The position numbers and the translations under genes are program-made. From Phoronis australis (Eukaryota > Animalia > Phoronida), in NCBI GenBank assembly GCA_002633005.1, contig NMRA01000058.1:758735-822734 (forward strand): 64,000 bases of DNA. The letters are read 5' to 3'. Shown piece after piece: positions 14,088 to 27,930 of the stretch. The notes below the pieces were generated by a model, which searched no databases, was not told where the DNA came from, and was given only the letters and a program-made list of their open reading frames with translations. Every line of letters starts with the position of its first letter. Within the stretch, counting starts at the first letter, position 1.

Positions 14088-15546
14088 CCCTTTTCAGGAG
14101 CCATTTTTTCGAATGAAGACATTTCCGGAAAATGGCCTTTACGTGAGGCTCATTCACTATTTAGGCCGGAAAAGACTGGCGTTTATGTAACCATCTTGGA
14201 ACTGTTTTGATCGATTTTTCCTCGCAATAAATAAGAATTTACGCTACTGTGCGTTGAACAACTACTAGGGTAGACCCTTACGACACCGTGAATTTTGACA
14301 TAAGCGGTATTAACCCATTACTTTCTGTCAAAACAAGTTTTGATTTAGGTCATGTGCGGTTATAAAATCTGTCTCGTCGTGTTCCTTACTATGTTTAGAG
14401 GTGATATCGCGCAGTTCGTTAATTTTTCAAGGCAAGTTCATAAAAGTTCAGGTCATGGCGTGCTCTGGAATTTTATGCGCGTGGTTTGAGGTAATTACGA
14501 TAAAAGAACGACTGCGCAACGGGAAATCATGTGACAGAGAGTACGTCTCTACGTTTTTTGTGATTTCGTCACAAAGTTCTTCAAAACGTCTGCGAGACTA
14601 AGAGTTTTCGTCATTTTTTGTTTTAGTAACCGTGTCCGTTCGGCGTAGCATTTTACGTAGCCTACCCCCACCAAGCGGACTTATACTGGACTGGAGTAAC
14701 AAGAGCAGGTTCAGATCATGTCCTGGGTGATGAGCGAGTATCTTGCGATTTTAGTGAGATCACGCTAAGCTGTTAGTGGGTTGCTACTGTTCACAACCAT
14801 CTAGCGCACAAAACTGAGAGAAAATATTGACGTTAGTGACAATTTCCACTTGGAAAACAGTGAATACTTCGCTAATTTTCTATAGGCCTAAAATCGAGGT
14901 GCGTTCGCACGTGTAGTGCGAATGTCGCGCAGTGATTTTCTTGCGCGATCGACTACACTCTTGGTCACGTGACTTCCCTTCACGTCCAGCGCAAAGCCTA
15001 CTCTTACACTCTGTACTGCTACATCGAACGCCAGGACACTCGGAATCTCGTAGTCCTAAGCAATGTGGCATTTCGTTTACCTACCGTCAGTGACCAATTT
15101 CTTGTTGTTATGAGTCCATTCGATTTTAGCAATGTTCCCCAACACTTCACAGTAGAGCTCTGAAACAATGGCGGTGTCACTTGCTGCATCATTCAATTTA
15201 AAAACAAACGCAATAAGTAAAAATTGACATCAAGACGAAACAAGTGTCAAATGTTTCACAAGCCAAAACAACTTACTCGTCGGATAAGAACTAAAAAAGA
15301 ATCTCCTTGAATGATTTGTTTGAAACATACATTTACTTCGCAAGGCCGTAGAAGCAAAACGTTATAGGAATGAGAGAACTCCAATTACGGCGTGATATGA
15401 ATTCTGAAATTTGAACGCAGATGATGTGCTAAAGAAAACTAGATTTCAACTTAAAGACTAACAGTTGTGATACGGTATTGACAAGTCACCAAATCTACAA
15501 ACTGACTGCACAAAAGAGACGAATTTTGGTGATATAGTGATAATAG

Positions 15547-15676
15547 CATGGGCGGCGCAGTACTGAAAAAAGTGGGGGGCTAAAACCCCCTCAGGCCCCT
15601 GTGGTGCATCGCCTATAGACCATGCGCGGCGTAGCACTGAAAAAAAGTGGGGGCCCCCTAAGGTGCGCCGCCCATG
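15547..15676. mobile_element. 130-bp MITE with 13-bp TIRs and 5-bp TSD (hAT-like)
   Basis: CATGGGCGGCGCA...TGCGCCGCCCATG flanked by AATAG at 15542-15546 and 15677-15681. Related copy at 29861. Confidence 0.8.
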
Positions 15677-15703
15677 AATAGTCGTAACACACGTGACACT
15701 CAC

Positions 15704-15806
15704 CGATAAACTCGATAGGTTCTGATTCGTACGATTCATTGATAGAGTCCCGACACCTCCATATCATAATATCTGTGCCCAAAATCTTTAAATAACGACG
15801 GACTTG
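15704..15806 (-). CDS. Coding exon 2 of secreted basic Ig-like protein (C-strand Trp)
   Basis: Acceptor ttttgtgtttttgcag and donor G|gtgagt; 103 nt. The only open frame is QVRRYLKILGTDIMIWRCRDSINESYESEPIEFI(G). Its phase-0 start and phase-1 end match exons 1 and 3 exactly. Confidence 0.8.
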
Positions 15807-15914
15807 CTGCAAAAACACAAAACAACAAACTAATCGTAAATTGCAAACAAAGTTTGTTTGTGGCAATGAATGTAGACTTAGTGTTTGAAAATATGACAGC
15901 GATTGCCAGAAATT

Positions 15915-16200
15915 TGATATTAGATATTCTAGCCACGATGAATTCGCGGACAAGACTGGTTTACCCACTTTGGTCGTAGTTAGGCAGAGAGATATCTTAG
16001 GGAAGTGTGTTAATCTGTAAATTATGTATCTCCTGTATTTATCTGGAGCTAATTTGTCATGAACATTAACCAAGGGTACAACCTGAGAACATCCAAGAAT
16101 CTAAAGATTGTAAAATCCAGAACAAAGTGTTACGAAACAAACTCCGTATCAAGTAACGAAGCTATACTTTTCAGGTTAGCAAAAAAGCGATCTGGTCGAC
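15915..16200 (+). mobile_element. Decayed 3' fragment of a non-LTR retrotransposon ORF2 (C-terminal to RT)
   Basis: With a frameshift and stops it reads YSSHDEFADKTGLPTLVVVRQRDIL.EVC*SVNYVSPVFIWS*FVMNINQGYNLRTSKNLKIVKSRTKCYETNS. This matches the SY..LL....LPTL...R.....EV.K....P......F.....YNLR........RT..YG.NS tail pattern of CR1/L2-group invertebrate LINEs. Confidence 0.7.
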
Positions 16201-19200
16201 ACCCATTGTCTACATGCTCTTTGAAATCTGGAGGGTGTGGCCATTCTGATTGTGTTGTCTGCTGGTGCCTAGCAGTTGCATGCGAGTCGTGGTTTTGGGT
16301 TCAAAACTGCTAATTTTGTGTATTTTGTTCCGTTTTTGGCATGGTCAGCTAGGTTTGCCGTAAGTATAAAAGCAAAAGAGACGCACTTTGAATACAAGTT
16401 TCTTTAGACGGTAAGAAAGTTTTTTGTATGGTCAGTACCTGCATATGTTTCATATTTTGTGGTTTTGTTGTAGAAAAGAAATGAACTGCTTTCCCTCAGG
16501 GGAAACAAAAATGAGGAAAAATGTTGAGTGCCACCTAAATAAATGGTATCGTGTCATATCGTACACCACGTTACGATATCTTCGTTGACGACAGCGTCAT
16601 CTAACGATAATTCCATTGTCTGTTAACTGTCGAAACTAATGGGAACGCTCAAGTTAACTTCGCAGTTTACGTCGACGTTTCGCTAGTGCTGAATTTAACT
16701 TGATGAGAAAAGGTCTTTAAATTTGCTGGACACGGGTTTGGCTTATAAGATGGCTAAAATTCAAATTAGACCGATTTTATATGTTATACATCGAAACGAA
16801 TCAGGATCTTTGTCGTGTTCGGGTACAAAAAGTCCACAAATCCGCTGTCTTTGTATTCTCTTCAATAATCGCGGAAATATTTAACTGGAGTCTCCGAAAA
16901 AATCTGAAACAATTATTAATCAAATGCCAAAATCTGAAAAAAATTTTTATCAAATGCTAATGACGCTTGAACTCGCGCTTGAACTTGCGCCCGTATATTT
17001 GATCATTTGTGATTCATTGCCTTTCAACAACAACATCGCTTGTGATCTACCTAACGATGTTGGGACAATATCACCGAAAGAGGGAGACCTCCACTGACCG
17101 AGTTAGTCAATATAGAAAAGACGAATGAAGCCGGGGACATTGTACACCGAGAAAAGACAGTAACAATATGGCGATCGAAAGGTTGAATGCTCTTTGGCCA
17201 CAGCGGGAAAAACTGGATGTGAAAACGAACACAGCTAACATGCCATTAGATTTTATGTTGGATTGAATGGACGTGGTAATTTTCAGAACCCTAAAGCTAA
17301 ACAGCGGCAAAATGCAGCTTTAAACGTGCGAGAAAACTCTAATCTAGTTTCAGTTCCAAATATTTCAAAATTAATCTGATATGTTAAAGATCAAGGATTC
17401 GCCAACTACATTTTGGTGTAGACGGGTTACAAATGCTATCAAATTGAACTAACTTGCCTAGGTTTTGTGGTTCTTTGTCATTCACATTATTTGAAAACAA
17501 GTGTGTTGAAGGTTGATGGAGTTTGGTAAAAAACAACCAATCATCGAACAGTTGAAAATCAGGTGATATCAGTGTTCAAAATGGTAGCCTCGGAGAAAGA
17601 GCTATATGGTATGAAGCAAGGCATTCGTTGAAAAATAACCACACACCACAATGCATTTTTCCTTCACGCGCGGGTCTTGGGTGTGCCAAGGGAGGCCCGA
17701 TCGCAATTTCCGGAGAACATACGTTGGAGGCAGTTAAAAACAGAGTTCCGTAGATGCAAGAATCCCGCTAACGAAGCGAGTGCGATCACGTGCTTCACTT
17801 GTAATACGTGGCGATATCTCGCAAAATCTTGCGTGTTGTTGCGTTTTCATGAGTTTCTCGCCTCTACGGAACGCACGCCAGCGTCTGCAAACATAACCTT
17901 GGTAGTTTGCCAAGACCCATGGCGACACGGAAACACGCTGTAGCAAACGACCCGAATTCAGCATCATGCCAATATATTTTCTTATTGCAAATTTAATGTT
18001 ATTTCAGACCATTTCGTATAATCGCAAAAGGCGTAATATGTAAAGATACAGTGATAATATTCTGTGCACATTCTAAATTTGTCTAATTGTTATGGACAGG
18101 TAATTTTGGATGTGCGTTCTTAAAATTCATGTACGCGGCAGAAATGCTCTAAAATCTAGTACTAAAAATCATTACCTGGAAGCATTGCAAACACGCTGTG
18201 TGATTTATCATCTCTCTAAATGTTACGTAATTCACAAGGAAAGAATAATGTGCTCTCATCGTTTGACCAACGGTCACTAACCGCTCTCATAAGGAGTCAA
18301 GTTTTGGTTTCACGTACAGCTAGGTTGCATATTTACAGAAGTTGTAGAGGACGAATACGAATCAGAACCCCAAGACTGAATTTAAAACTAGATTAAATTA
18401 TACCGACAGCATACTTCGAGAACGTTCCGTGGTGTAAGCAACCGTGGTTGTTTTGTGCATGCGTGCACCTAGCCTTTAATATGAGGGCTCGAATTTCTGA
18501 CAAAGTGGACATTTTGCTAAAAAAACGGGAGGACTTAAAAAAACGGGGTACCACCTTCAGAACTGTGAGTCTCCGCCTTTTTAGTGGACTTTTGTTTCAT
18601 TTTCTCGGACTTTTTGTTTTTCTGAGGCTGATCTTTTACCCACTTCGCTAAATGGGGGGCTCGTTTGATATCTGTGCACGGAGTTCGACATGTTTGATGC
18701 GTGCGCTTCCTTCTTTGACTCGCTGAGTCCACGAGATGTCTCATGTCGTTATAGTGACGGACGCCTGTCATTTCCTGCCTCGTATGTACAGCGAATATTT
18801 ACCTTAACGGCACTAGCCAATTGCGAAACAAAATTATCTCACTGGGTTACCGAGACGAGTGGAGGAGACAAGTGGGTTCCATCTAAATAAAGCAGAAGAG
18901 TAAATGTCTTTTGACTCGTTTTTCAAGGCGGGTATTGCAACTTTTCGTATTTCCTCTGTTCAGACGTTCAATACACTTTTGCCGGTCTAAAAGACTTTGC
19001 TATATGGGCGCACATGTTTAAGTCTAGTCGGTAAATGATCGGCAAAACAAAGGTTTTAAAATAACAAAATTAATGTAGAACGTACACTCATTCAAAATTG
19101 TCGATGAGTCCGTGTATGTCATAAGTAAGGACTGGACAGTACATGAGCGCACTCGGGGGGGGGGGGNGGGGGGGGGGGGTGCTCGGAGGGCTCAAACGAG

Positions 19201-22200
19201 CCGCCCTCCAACTGGGCCAAAAAGGTCTGCCCCAATGAAACAAAAAATCCGAGCAAACGAGATAAAAGTCCACACAGTCCACAGGAATTCGGCGTGGATG
19301 CACAATTTATAGGCCTGAACCTTTTTAGTCCTCGTTGATTTTTTCAGTAAAAGATCCGCATACCGAAAAATTCGGTTCCCCCTATATTTTAGACTGGGTG
19401 CGCGCATGCAGTAATATGTCAAAAATGAAGTAACCTCACAATTTGTCTCACAGAATTAGATGAAAACAGGTTTTCAACAAAAACAACAGTGTTTTTATGA
19501 TAACTTTGCGCCTAATCAACTCTCATCGGTTTTGCTGACGGGTTTTAAAACACCAAAGCTGAAATACGGGAGAATAAATACTCTTAAAGTGTCGTCCTGT
19601 TTTCATTGCCATTGGAATTCAGAGATCGTTAAAACATAGATAATTTAATTATAGTATGGGTACACTTTTCAATTTCTTACACCTGTCCATGCCAAGAATT
19701 CAACGTGTCAAAGAAAGACTGCGCATCGCATACGGGACCAGTTAAAACGAACTAATTAAAAACGCGTAGTTGAACAATGACGATGACGTTAACACACGCA
19801 CTATCAGCTTTCAACTCTTAAACGTGTTTTTTCGTGGAGGTTACGGAAGTTTGGATTTTCAGGGCACCTAGATATCCACTCCCGCGGATCACTCGGGCCT
19901 GCCCCTGCACAAAATTCTTCTCAAATACACGCTATTCCCCTCTCACGGACGCACATTCCTCTCTTCCGCACCACTTGGCTGCGTCTCACGAGCATATTTC
20001 TTTGCTCGCTCACAGACCAACCCTTCCCCCGCGCATAATTCCATGTCCCCGAAAGCTATTCTATACCTTCCGGCTTAGCACGCCGTTCTCTTTTCTCGCG
20101 CCACTTTGAATAATCTGATATAAACTCTCTGTACACAAACCAACTGAAAAGTCTTTACTAGTAAACGCATTCTCGCCATTTTTCAATTATTCATTTTAAA
20201 CAGTATCACTTCCCAACTTATGCCTGTAATCGACAAAAATGAGAAGAAAAGTCACCTATTCATCTAGTGACGATGTTTGTCAAGGATACAGGGAAATTGT
20301 TATTGAACCCACTTTGCGCGCATCAATACATCGGTAAACAGGCCAACTCATTTGAAATAAACATGAGCAACAAGGGCGCAGCGATGAGTAATGAACATGT
20401 TACGAGGAGCTCGGCTAAAACATTACTAAATTTACTTTAACTACGATATTCCACCGACTTACATCGCATAAGTCCGTCACCTCGATCGATGACTTTGTCC
20501 GTGATTAGGTAACAAGCGTTCGCCTCCAGCAAGCAATAATGAGCGGGACCAGGGTTGCTCTGTCCGTGAGCAAAGAAATAAGTCCATGATACATAAAAAC
20601 TGGTACTGTAGGGGGTAGTATGAGTGTAGAGCAGCGTGCATGAGAGAATTTTTTTAAAGTCTAGGGCCCTGATTTTGGTTATAGTTTGCTAGACACGTAG
20701 CGATTGCTTTGATGCCCCGCTCTCGCGCTGAAAAGTCGCATAAATCGATCAAATCACAGGCGTACATTTTTCAAAAGAAAACTCATCGCGAAAAATGTGA
20801 TGTAATGAGAAAACCAAGGGACGCCCCTTTCACTCGATCACTATACAACAATCTGCTACTGCCGTATTTTTCACTCTATAACTTTCAATAGCGGAGTCAC
20901 GTTTGAAATGAAAACTGTTCAGTAATTCATCTCAAACGTTGCCTGAGGTTGTTGGTCCACAAAGTCGAAAGACACACTAGAAAACACACGGGTGGTAAAA
21001 CTTGACATGGATAGTTTGTTGTTGTTATTGTAAGGACAGGTTCGGGTCGGCAGGTGCCTTGGGCACCCAACACCGGGCTCGCGAACCACCGACATCAGTG
21101 TTCAGAACGAATGAAGCGCCTGACCGCATTGGCATCCTACTTTGTTGGAGTCTTCGACGGGAGGTGGGCGCCATTCTGATCAAAACACGGGAGTCCTGTG
21201 TCACACTTGAAGGTGCGAGAGGAAACGAATTCTGGCAGGAGAAACCATCGAAGAAACATAATCATAGCACAATATATTCTGCATTCATACTTTCAACTAC
21301 CAAGCCCAAGGTGATAAAATGTAATTATCTTAGTAAACTTTACAGAGAATTTCAATGCCTTATGTTCGCAAAACATTTCTACGGCAATGTATCAGTTACC
21401 ACTTTGTCACTGAAGTGTTTAGTCTTCTTATACATTTTAATGAGTTTTCGCTAATTAATTTTTACAAGACATCCGGTAGCCAAATGTCTGCGTTTCAAAA
21501 CTAAACGGTCACGGACACTCCCGCGCTGCCTGCAAACCATGCCTTTGTTTTGTCGTCTCCCTCAGCCAGTACAAAAATAGACAAACGACAAGCAAGAATA
21601 ACAATACCGGTAATACAAAAACCAATGACCGAGATTTGTTTATGTATACTGCTATTATAGTATGCTAGACTACCTCAGCAGATGTATCGGATCATATGGT
21701 ACACAGGCACAGTGTTTCCGGGAATATCTTTTTTCTCCTGACTGCAGCTGACGTATCTGTTAAGGAGGAAATCCTACTTACTTCAATCAAAAGATGAAAT
21801 ACTGACAGTTTGCGGAAATTTTTAGGACTGGGTTGATTTCAGTCAAGTCTATTTTCTTTCTGTTTTAATTGAAAAGAAGTCTCTGGCACGAGCTACAGAG
21901 AAGCGATTTCGGCCTCCAATTAATTTCGCATTCATTATTTAAGTCCAACAGAGTGAATACAAAACTTCCGTTCCGTAACGGTGGTGAATGTGGTTTAATT
22001 CAAAATAATAGAATTCAACGGACGATTTCGAGTAGAGACCATATTTTAAATAGAGTTCAGAGACCGTCTCTCAACCCAAACTAGGGAAAACATAACTCTT
22101 GTTCAACCTCACCCTCACACTCACACACAGTCTATGTCAGCGCGAACATTGGCGACACCCAGCCCTATCGATTACGAGACATGACAAGCAAATTCGTGTT

Positions 22201-25200
22201 AAAAACACAACCACCTATGACGACTCTTGTTCATGAAAAGAAAAAAATGTCTCTATTTTCAAGAAATGTTATTTTATCAGGGAAGGGCAGGCACCCACGA
22301 TAACCCCCGCTCGTAATTGATTTAGTCGGCTATTCTTCAATTCCGTTATTGCCGACAGGCGGACAACTGTAAGACTCTTGTAAATATCGCTTAACATTTT
22401 CGATTGGCCAAGCACAAAAACGACAACAGTGAGCAAAGAAGATGGCGGTACTTTCATATCATACTGACAATAAGGTAACCTTCAACTTTCAGTGTCCAAT
22501 GACACAACGACAGTGCAGGCTTTCAGTTTTATTTCTGAGCAAAAAGGTAACACTCGGTGCGTTTTGCCTCTAATCTTATTGTAAGCACCAATTAAAAAAA
22601 CTACGCAAGTGTTTTACATAGAAAAACATTTACAAAATGTGTTCAAAGTCAAAATCTCTTTCAACACATGCACGAATGCAAAAAAATGTCAAGGGTTAGG
22701 CTCACAAAAGCACCCTAGGGATATTGACGCAAGTATCGACTTTCATTCGCGCTCATTTTGCACCGGTCGTTTAAGCGCTATCACATTTTTGCTTTGAGAA
22801 CATTTAAACTACTTATTACAGGAACATCGATGTTTTTGTTTAGCAATTTAGAATCCCGTCGTTTTCAATTGGCTTCGCCACATGAAGAGTTTCACAGCAA
22901 TTGCGATGTACTCTTGTCGATTTTAGAACGCTTGTAAGTAAATTGTCGACAGGTATAGACGAATTAAAATATGGCTCGGTTGTAGATAGCTATGATCCGG
23001 TTGTCATAAGTCCAGCATTGCACTGTGATGATTTCAGACTTCGCAATTTGTGTTTACGAATACGTGCAGGCTACCTGAATACGTCAGAGTGCTTCAAATT
23101 GGATAGATTAAAAATCCCACATTTAAGATATCGCAATTTCTGGACAAACTTAAATGATGCTAAACCTCGAATGAGTTTGGAGAATCGCTGAGTGCAATGT
23201 AAATGACCGTTCACATGCACAACGGGGAATATCCGTTAGATGTCGCTTTAAACATTACTGCGTACATCGGGAAGACAATAATTGAAAAACCATTTTGCCT
23301 CAATTGCAAATCCAGACCATAACGTTTACAGCCTGAAATTAATTGTACTTAATTCAGTTTCTCAGTTTCGAAGAGTTTAAAAAGTCTAATGCGCTATAGA
23401 TTAGAAGGTTATCTTAGTAAGAAAAACTGAAAGAATTTGTCTTCTTTGAACAGAAGCGTCAAATCAGATGCGTCGAAAAAATCAACACCAGCAATGTGTT
23501 AATTATACTAAATAAAATGAGTGTACAAACAAACGTTCACCATTTCTTTCTACGCTTTTAGGAATCAGAATAAACACCTTATTTTGGATTCTAGTTGCAA
23601 TTCAGGTAAAACTGCGTTAGAATTGAATAGCGGTTGGTGGTTCAATATGGGTTGCAGAGGAAAACAATTAGCTGAAGACATGGTGGTGCGTGGCGGCTGT
23701 GTCGCCTGGGATGTTGAGTGTCTGAGCTTCTCAGTTAACACAGACGCTAGTTAATTGTCATTAAAATCTACTGCTTGTAGAGCACAACTGTTGATTTCTT
23801 CTTTCCTAAAAGATCGCGATCTGATTTTTACCTTCTGTTTGCACCCAACCGTGTGCTTCCGCAACCGTAAACAAGACTAGTTACTAAAACTGTTTCACTG
23901 TGAATTTGTACTGTAAAAACTGGTGTGACGATCACGCGTATTATCAAAGACCGTGTCGTGTTTTATCGCCACGGTGTTTGAAATGCGACAGTTGAACGAA
24001 TGAAACATCATATTAGGAATTCGATTTAAAATCACTTAGTTGATTTCTTGAGGCAATCTGACCAACGCGTGCAAGCAGATTAGGGAAATTGCTCTTGTGA
24101 CGGCATTCTACTTCGCCACTTCCCGGCCATTTGCGTAACACGTTCAAAGAAGATACCCGCGAGAGATGGTTCAGCTCAGCAGAGGGAGGGCAATTATAAT
24201 AGATGGGTAACGAAAGCGCCGTGTTAAATGGCTAGGAAAATATTTTAATTACAGGTCGGACAAGAAATTCTATAGAGCTGAACTGACAGTGGGAAAACAT
24301 CGGATAGTTGTCGGGCGGGAGGTCTGTTTTCATTAGTGAAACCACAAACGGGATCACTGCGATTGTTCCAAATAGAGAGCGATTACATATTCTCAAAAGT
24401 TTAAAGAGTAAACTAGTCTGCATGTCTATTACAATGTGACGATGGTCACATTACGCCCAAAGTTATCAAAATAGCACTGCCCACGACGTCAACTCACTAG
24501 GTGTGAAATTCTTGTTTTTCTTATAACACTCACTTGGTATTTCTGTGAATGGTAATCGTGTTTACAAACAAAACAACTTCAGTGACCCTCCATTACTCCT
24601 AAGTCCTATCAGATGAATTTCTCAATGAATATATCGAAAACCGAAAACGACCGTCTGCGCGCCAACCAATGGTGTTTTCAATTTGCCGCATCCAGCTCAG
24701 AAACATTTAGGAACACCCCGCCTCAATGCTCACGCGTGCTTATACTTTCACGTCAGCCAAATAGAAACGCTTCGCCTTTTTGAAATAATCACGGGACTGC
24801 TCATGAAAAATGAATTTCAACCCTGTTTAAAATTCCCCCTTTTCCTACAGTAATGAGGTCTATTGTCTTGCTTTAATTTTGCCAGTCTTCTTAAAAAATG
24901 AGTCGTGAAATAAGATATTTCTTGCTTTTAATGGTTATAACGTGGTCGGAATAGAGCTCAAAGATGTTCTTTTTGGTTAATAATCCATTTAATCTCGTTA
25001 TATCTCACTTTGAATTTGGTCACGTGTTCCGCCGAAGTAGCGCTCAATATAACTTTTAACTGCTCGTGCCCGTTAGCTGCGTCGAGTATTCTTTCATTTT
25101 GTGAGACGTAGTTGATGAAAAGTTGAATAATGATAAAGATGCACCTGACGAATTAAAAAGTTCTACAATACAACGAATCCAGAAAATTTCAATAAGGTAT

Positions 25201-27450
25201 TGTCTGCTAGGAACAGATTTTCTACTGACGATAGGATTCAATGTGTTGACGAAACGTCAATCCTGTCGAAGAGTTCATATGTTACACCGTACGCTCGCTT
25301 TCGTTTGACTGCTGTCATTGTTAGCCTGCAAATTCCATTTGAATTCGATACTTCAGAAGGAAAGTGTGAATTTGTGGCGAGTCGAGCCCATGTAGTTCGC
25401 TGCTCGTAAAACTAATTGGAGCGGCTCAGCAGGTGCAAATGCCCGTATCACCGTGAGTCGGTAATTAGAAGTATCAAGTACTGACACAAACTCCGCCACC
25501 AGGTCAATAAAGTTACACCAACGTTTTCCACCAGGAGGCGTCACTGAAGAACATCTGGGCCAACAGTGGCGTTCCAAAGTTTTTAGGTCCACGTTTAAAA
25601 TTTCGTGGATTCCACGAATATTAAGTTGCAGTTGCCGCTAGTGAGAATAGTGCATTTTATCACATTTTTATGTAAAACTTCAATATGGACGAGCTCCAAA
25701 TTGTTCCATCACCTCAGTAGACGGTGAAACCTCGACATGGGTAAGATACTCGTTACTGATGTGACAGTTCCATGGTGAAGTTCAAAAGTACCCATGTGAT
25801 GACCCATTTTCAAAATTTCAAAGTACCAGTAATCAATAAGCTAATGATATGTAGAAGTTGTGTTTAAAATCAACCCCCAAATGAGCCCACCGCTAAATTT
25901 CCGCCAGATATCCACCCTCCTCTCAGTTGTCATTGAGTTTCTGACATTAGTCGCCAAATTTACACCCCGCTGCTAGAGTCACCAACTTACATTCCTTCGT
26001 CCTTGAATTTCATTGATTATCCTCTACAGATTTCCTTCGAACCGTTGGTGTTCTTGCTGTAAAAATAGTAAATTTCTTCCTCCCGTTTTTGCATATTGTC
26101 ACGGCACGGTTAGTTTACGTCAAACAGCCAGGTAGGTATATGCGCCGACCAAAACTGAAACCCTGGCTTGAAGGACGAGTCCTAGGCTCTAGAGTGCTAA
26201 AGAACATCGCATGGGGCCAAACTAAATCGATTTCTTGATCCAGTGGCTGTTACTAGACTACATGTACCTTTGAGCATCACGGACACTACACTGATAAATC
26301 TCATAAGCTGGAAATTTGGCATCTATTTGGCCTTACGCATTTCACAGGAAATCGCAAGGAATCGGCAGATTTAGATAACTTTCTGGATTTATTTATAATG
26401 TCATTTAAACATCTTAAAAACTAGGTAACTACTTCAACCCGATGATGCGTATTCAAGTGTAAGAAAGCGCAGCCTTGGTAGTGGTAATACTGCTAAGATT
26501 TAATATAAACCGCGGAATCGCATTCGAGTTATGATCCGCATGTTGTTGCGAAATCTGTTAGAATACTTAACAAAGATAACAACGAGGACATCATCTCACA
26601 CTGTTCGAAGGCTGGCAGTTATGCGCGTATAAATCCCGTTCATCTGTTACGCCGGATAATTAGAATACTAAATATTTATCCAGAAGTAGACAGGGCGCGG
26701 GAAAGTGGGGTGCACTTTCAACTAAAACATTAATTCATAATGACATGAGGCTTAGCGTTAAATCAAGGTGGCAATCTTTTTCATTTTGTTACTTGCTGCG
26801 TTAGGTTCACACTATTGTAGTAGCGGTCTTGTCTTCTTTTGAAATACTCTGCTAAATGACTGTCCATTGCTAGAATCCCTGCGGGCCTCAATTACACACG
26901 CAGGCCCACAAGTCGCCCAGAATATACACAGGTCGCAGCAGACTGTTCTCGCCAAAGCAGCATAAATATTTTGGTTGCAGTAGTTTGTTATGTGATTGCT
27001 TTCATACAAAGCAAGTAGTGCGTTATGAAATACTTTCTTGCAATTACAAATGTTGAAAACGGTCTTTATGGTATATCAGGCGGTTAACAAAATTCCAATC
27101 AATAAAAGAATCGCACGCACATTAGATTCGCTTTTCAACAACATTTAAGTTTCAATAGATTTAACGTCCACATTCCGAGCAAATCATGAACCTCATATCA
27201 TCTTATGTAAAGTAGTTTATGGATTAAATTAAAGCATTCGACATATCAATTTCAGTATAATAGTGTACACATCGGTCAATCACAGTATACGGGGGACTTA
27301 TAATACGGTGCAAAATGAGCCATGCAAATTACAAAGAGGTCACAATTAAAATTTTCTCGCAATACTTTTCCAATTGTAGGTTAATAACATTTGTAATGAG
27401 CTTTAAATGAGAAATCGAATCGTAATTATAATTACTTCTGTCTTTTTCAG

Positions 27451-27930
27451 ACTTCAACAAGGGAGTATACAATTTTGCTCAGTTGGACGCTGAAGCTCTT
27501 CGGCTTTCTAAAGCAGCATAATATAACGTACCATGATCCGAGTGGGAGATTGGGTTGGGTTCCGTAGACGAAAGAAACTCGCGAAAACACACGACCACAC
27601 AAGTCTTCACGAGGAACGACCATGGATTACGGAAGTACCGCGAGATCACACTAGCTTTTCTTGCGATTGATTCTTCGGAATTCAGCTTGGCCCTGCGTTC
27701 CGTAGAGCAAAGTTCTTGCGAGAAAAGTGATGCTATGTCTCATTGAATTGTGAATATGGATATGAAGCACTAGTTTACAAACAACACCCGGGTCGTCCGA
27801 TGTGCCGAAAACCATTCGAGAACCAGTTACCATTACAATCCCGCGAAAGTCTCATTTTGCGAGACTATTTTTATGTACATCAGGTAATACTTCATCGTTA
27901 CCCTAACGAAACAAGGCACAAATATTATTA
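27451..27930 (+). pseudogene. Possible decayed Ig-like paralog (antisense, intronic)
   Basis: Strong acceptor ttctgtctttttcag at 27450. Hydrophobic TILLSWTLKLFGFL is followed by PSGRL. Later comes FENQLPLQSRESLILRDYF, then frameshifted TSG.YFIVTL, resembling E/F strands. Several stops; weak similarity. Confidence 0.25.

Noticed and set aside
21002-21454. 150-aa + strand ORF in a GC-richer intronic block
   Set aside because: Non-ATG start, no motifs and no splice support. More likely non-coding.
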